Part shown: piece after piece, positions 55,470 through 56,939 of the stretch
How positions within the stretch are numbered: position 1 is the stretch's first letter
How the letters are laid out: each line of letters begins with the position of its first letter
From: an uncultured Verrucomicrobiota bacterium
GTDB lineage: Bacteria; Verrucomicrobiota; Kiritimatiellia; CAIQIC01; GWF2-57-35
Length of the DNA stretch: 56,939 nucleotides
Assembly (NCBI GenBank): GCA_964521805.1
Contig: CAZFSE010000003.1
Coordinates: 1 to 56,939, forward strand
Direction: 5' to 3'
Notes under the pieces: generated by a model
Told to the model about the DNA's origin: nothing
Database searches by the model: none
Seen by the model: only the letters and a program-made list of their open reading frames with translations
Program-made: the position numbers and the translations under genes

Positions 55470-56939
55470 GCCAGGAACAGAATCCCGCCCTGAGCATGAG
55501 CCTGAACGGCATCGCGTCCCTGGATGCCAGCGCCGGCACGGGAAAGACCTATTCCATCGCGCTGATCCACCTGCGGCTCGTGCTGGCTCAGATCCCGGTC
55601 GAGCGCATCCTGGTCACCACCTTTACCGACGATGCCGCCGCGGAATTGCGCGAACGCCTGCGCAAGCGGCTGGCCGAGGCTCGTGATGTTCTTGCTGGAA
55701 GCGGCACCGAGGACAACAATCTACAGGCAGTCCTCGCGGAGGCCTCGAAAAGCGCCGGCCCCGAGTTGTTGAGGGATCGCATTGAACTGGCGCTCTCCGC
55801 CTTTGATCTCGCCCCCATCTGCACCATCCACGGCTTCTGCAAACGCCTCCTTCAACATCACGCGCTGGAACTGGGCGCCGACCCCTCCGCCGAAATTCTG
55901 GCCGAAGATCCCCGCCTCGCCCGGCTGGCCGGGGATGCCATGGCCAGAATCACCGCCTCCATGGAGCCGGGTACGGACGTGCCAAAAATGAATAATCTGG
56001 CCGCCATCGCCCGGACCATTCGCGAATACCAATTTCCCGCGCCTGCCTCTCGGGAGCTGGACGACCTGATCCAATCCGCGGACCAGCTGTGGAAGGAAAG
56101 CGCCCGCACACGGCTGGCGGCGGCACAGCGCCTTTGGCTGAAGCAAAAAAAGAATATCCATTCAGCCCTGAAGGAACTCGTGATAGAGGGCGTCATCCCT
56201 CCCGGGATCTACGACAACGAGTCCGCCAAGGACGCTCAGCGGTGGAAGAAACTCGACACCTCCATCTGCGACGTAGACGCCCTGCTGGCGGACACCTCCC
56301 CTCGCGATCTCGTCTTTTCCGCGGGCGCCCGGCGAATGCTCGCCAGCGAGCTCGCCAAGCATTCCAACGGCGCGGCAGACCCGCAAAAAGCCGCCCACGA
56401 AATTCAGTCGTTCCTGGACCGCTTTTCCTTCTTTGAACAATGGACCCTCGTAGCAGAACTGCCCAAACAAAAAGTTCGGCTCGACCAGGAGGCGCAACAG
56501 CGGTTTTATTCGGATGACATCCTGCAACGCGCCAGCCAGCTCCGGCCTGACGAGCACTTGATTTTTGCGGATCTGATCAACGCGGTCTTCGCCAGCCTGG
56601 CCGACCAGGCCTTTGTCGAAGCCGTGCGCCAGGATTTCGATGCCGTCCTCGTGGACGAATGCCAGGATACGGATCCCCGGCAAATCATCATTTTCAATCG
56701 CCTCTTCGGCGGCACGGAATGGCTGGGCACAGGCGGGAAATGTCTCGTCTGGGTCGGTGACCCCAAACAAAGCATCTATCGTTTTCGCGGCGCGGATATT
56801 GACACCTACCTGTACGCAAAATCGGGAGCGGGCAAGAATGGGAGCCTGACGCTGAATGTCAATTTCCGCTCCGATCCTCCGCTGGTCGCCTCCATCAATA
56901 CGCTGTTCAGCGCGCAAAAGAACGGCGCGGTCTTCGATG
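55466..56939 (+). CDS. recB: RecB-like UvrD/Rep-family helicase (exodeoxyribonuclease V beta), N-terminal part only; runs off the right edge
   Basis: Hand translation from ATG 55466 (ATGA overlap with recC) gives MSQEQNPALSMSLNGIASLDASAGTGKTYSIALIHLRLVL (motif I), ILVTTFTDDAAAELRERL (Ia), ICTIHGFCKRLL (III-like region), AVLVDECQDTDPRQ (II) and VGDPKQSIYRFRGADI (III). The frame is open to 56939. Confidence 0.8.
   Translation, partial: MSQEQNPALSMSLNGIASLDASAGTGKTYSIALIHLRLVLAQIPVERILVTTFTDDAAAELRERLRKRLAEARDVLAGSGTEDNNLQAVLAEASKSAGPELLRDRIELALSAFDLAPICTIHGFCKRLLQHHALELGADPSAEILAEDPRLARLAGDAMARITASMEPGTDVPKMNNLAAIARTIREYQFPAPASRELDDLIQSADQLWKESARTRLAAAQRLWLKQKKNIHSALKELVIEGVIPPGIYDNESAKDAQRWKKLDTSICDVDALLADTSPRDLVFSAGARRMLASELAKHSNGAADPQKAAHEIQSFLDRFSFFEQWTLVAELPKQKVRLDQEAQQRFYSDDILQRASQLRPDEHLIFADLINAVFASLADQAFVEAVRQDFDAVLVDECQDTDPRQIIIFNRLFGGTEWLGTGGKCLVWVGDPKQSIYRFRGADIDTYLYAKSGAGKNGSLTLNVNFRSDPPLVASINTLFSAQKNGAVFD

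Noticed and set aside
1018-56917. Many long ORFs lie antisense to, or out of frame with, the called genes. Examples: 1018..1671+, 2026..2490+, 7835..8971+, 15935..16705-, 17258..18487-, 20700..21407-, 21532..22416+, 23142..24236-, 26298..27029+, 30317..31237+, 31762..32535+, 33345..34304-, 40881..41684-, 47662..48567-, 50510..51250-, 52320..53156-, 53553..54314-, 54311..55024-, 54534..55205- and 56162..56917-.
   Set aside because: Each lies opposite or overlapping a gene with clear family motifs. Their translations are Arg/Gly/His/Pro-rich and low-complexity, as expected for shadow ORFs in GC-rich DNA. None shows a recognisable motif.

Overview
This is a GC-rich bacterial chromosomal window. 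Its gene content includes many secreted glycoside hydrolases (GH97, GH35, GH10), beta-helix and CBM-repeat proteins, and LacI regulators. That suggests a polysaccharide-degrading member of the PVC group (Kiritimatiellota/Verrucomicrobiota-like), but this is inference only. I saw no rRNA, tRNA, CRISPR array, transposase or integrase. The most interesting part is the left ~9.3 kb, a visibly lower-GC, defence-type island on the minus strand. It encodes an Eco57I/PglX-like N6-adenine methyltransferase, a DUF4062 + HATPase_c_4 + wHTH protein, a PLD(HKD)-nuclease::SNF2-helicase fusion, and a partial zinc-ribbon protein that runs off the left edge. The ingredients resemble class 1 DISARM or other RM-like systems, but the visible layout matches no canonical system. 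The island also carries unusual DNA features: a 60-bp in-frame palindrome inside the methyltransferase gene, six copies of a GTCCTGTTT iteron, three CGGTCGATT-type repeats, and a heptamer tandem array. The rest of the window is mostly housekeeping or accessory metabolism. In order it holds GH97; a csoR-YHS-cusCBA copper efflux cluster with a perfect CsoR-type operator; a FIST protein; an orphan metW; LacI + GH35; and a beta-helix protein. Next come a frameshifted beta-helix-like pseudogene, cstA, a DnaQ-like exonuclease, a thioesterase, rsfS-nadD, LacI + a metallophosphoesterase, a C13-peptidase protein and a 4x CBM-repeat protein. The right end holds hisF-[brnT/brnA insertion]-hisI-trpE-trpG, a zinc-ribbon membrane protein, a TPR protein, larB-larC translationally coupled to a GH10 xylanase, and recC-recB (recB partial). 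A ~100-nt intergenic element occurs twice, downstream of GH35 and of GH10, and may be a structured RNA or REP-like repeat. All domain calls come from motif recognition by eye; no database search was run.
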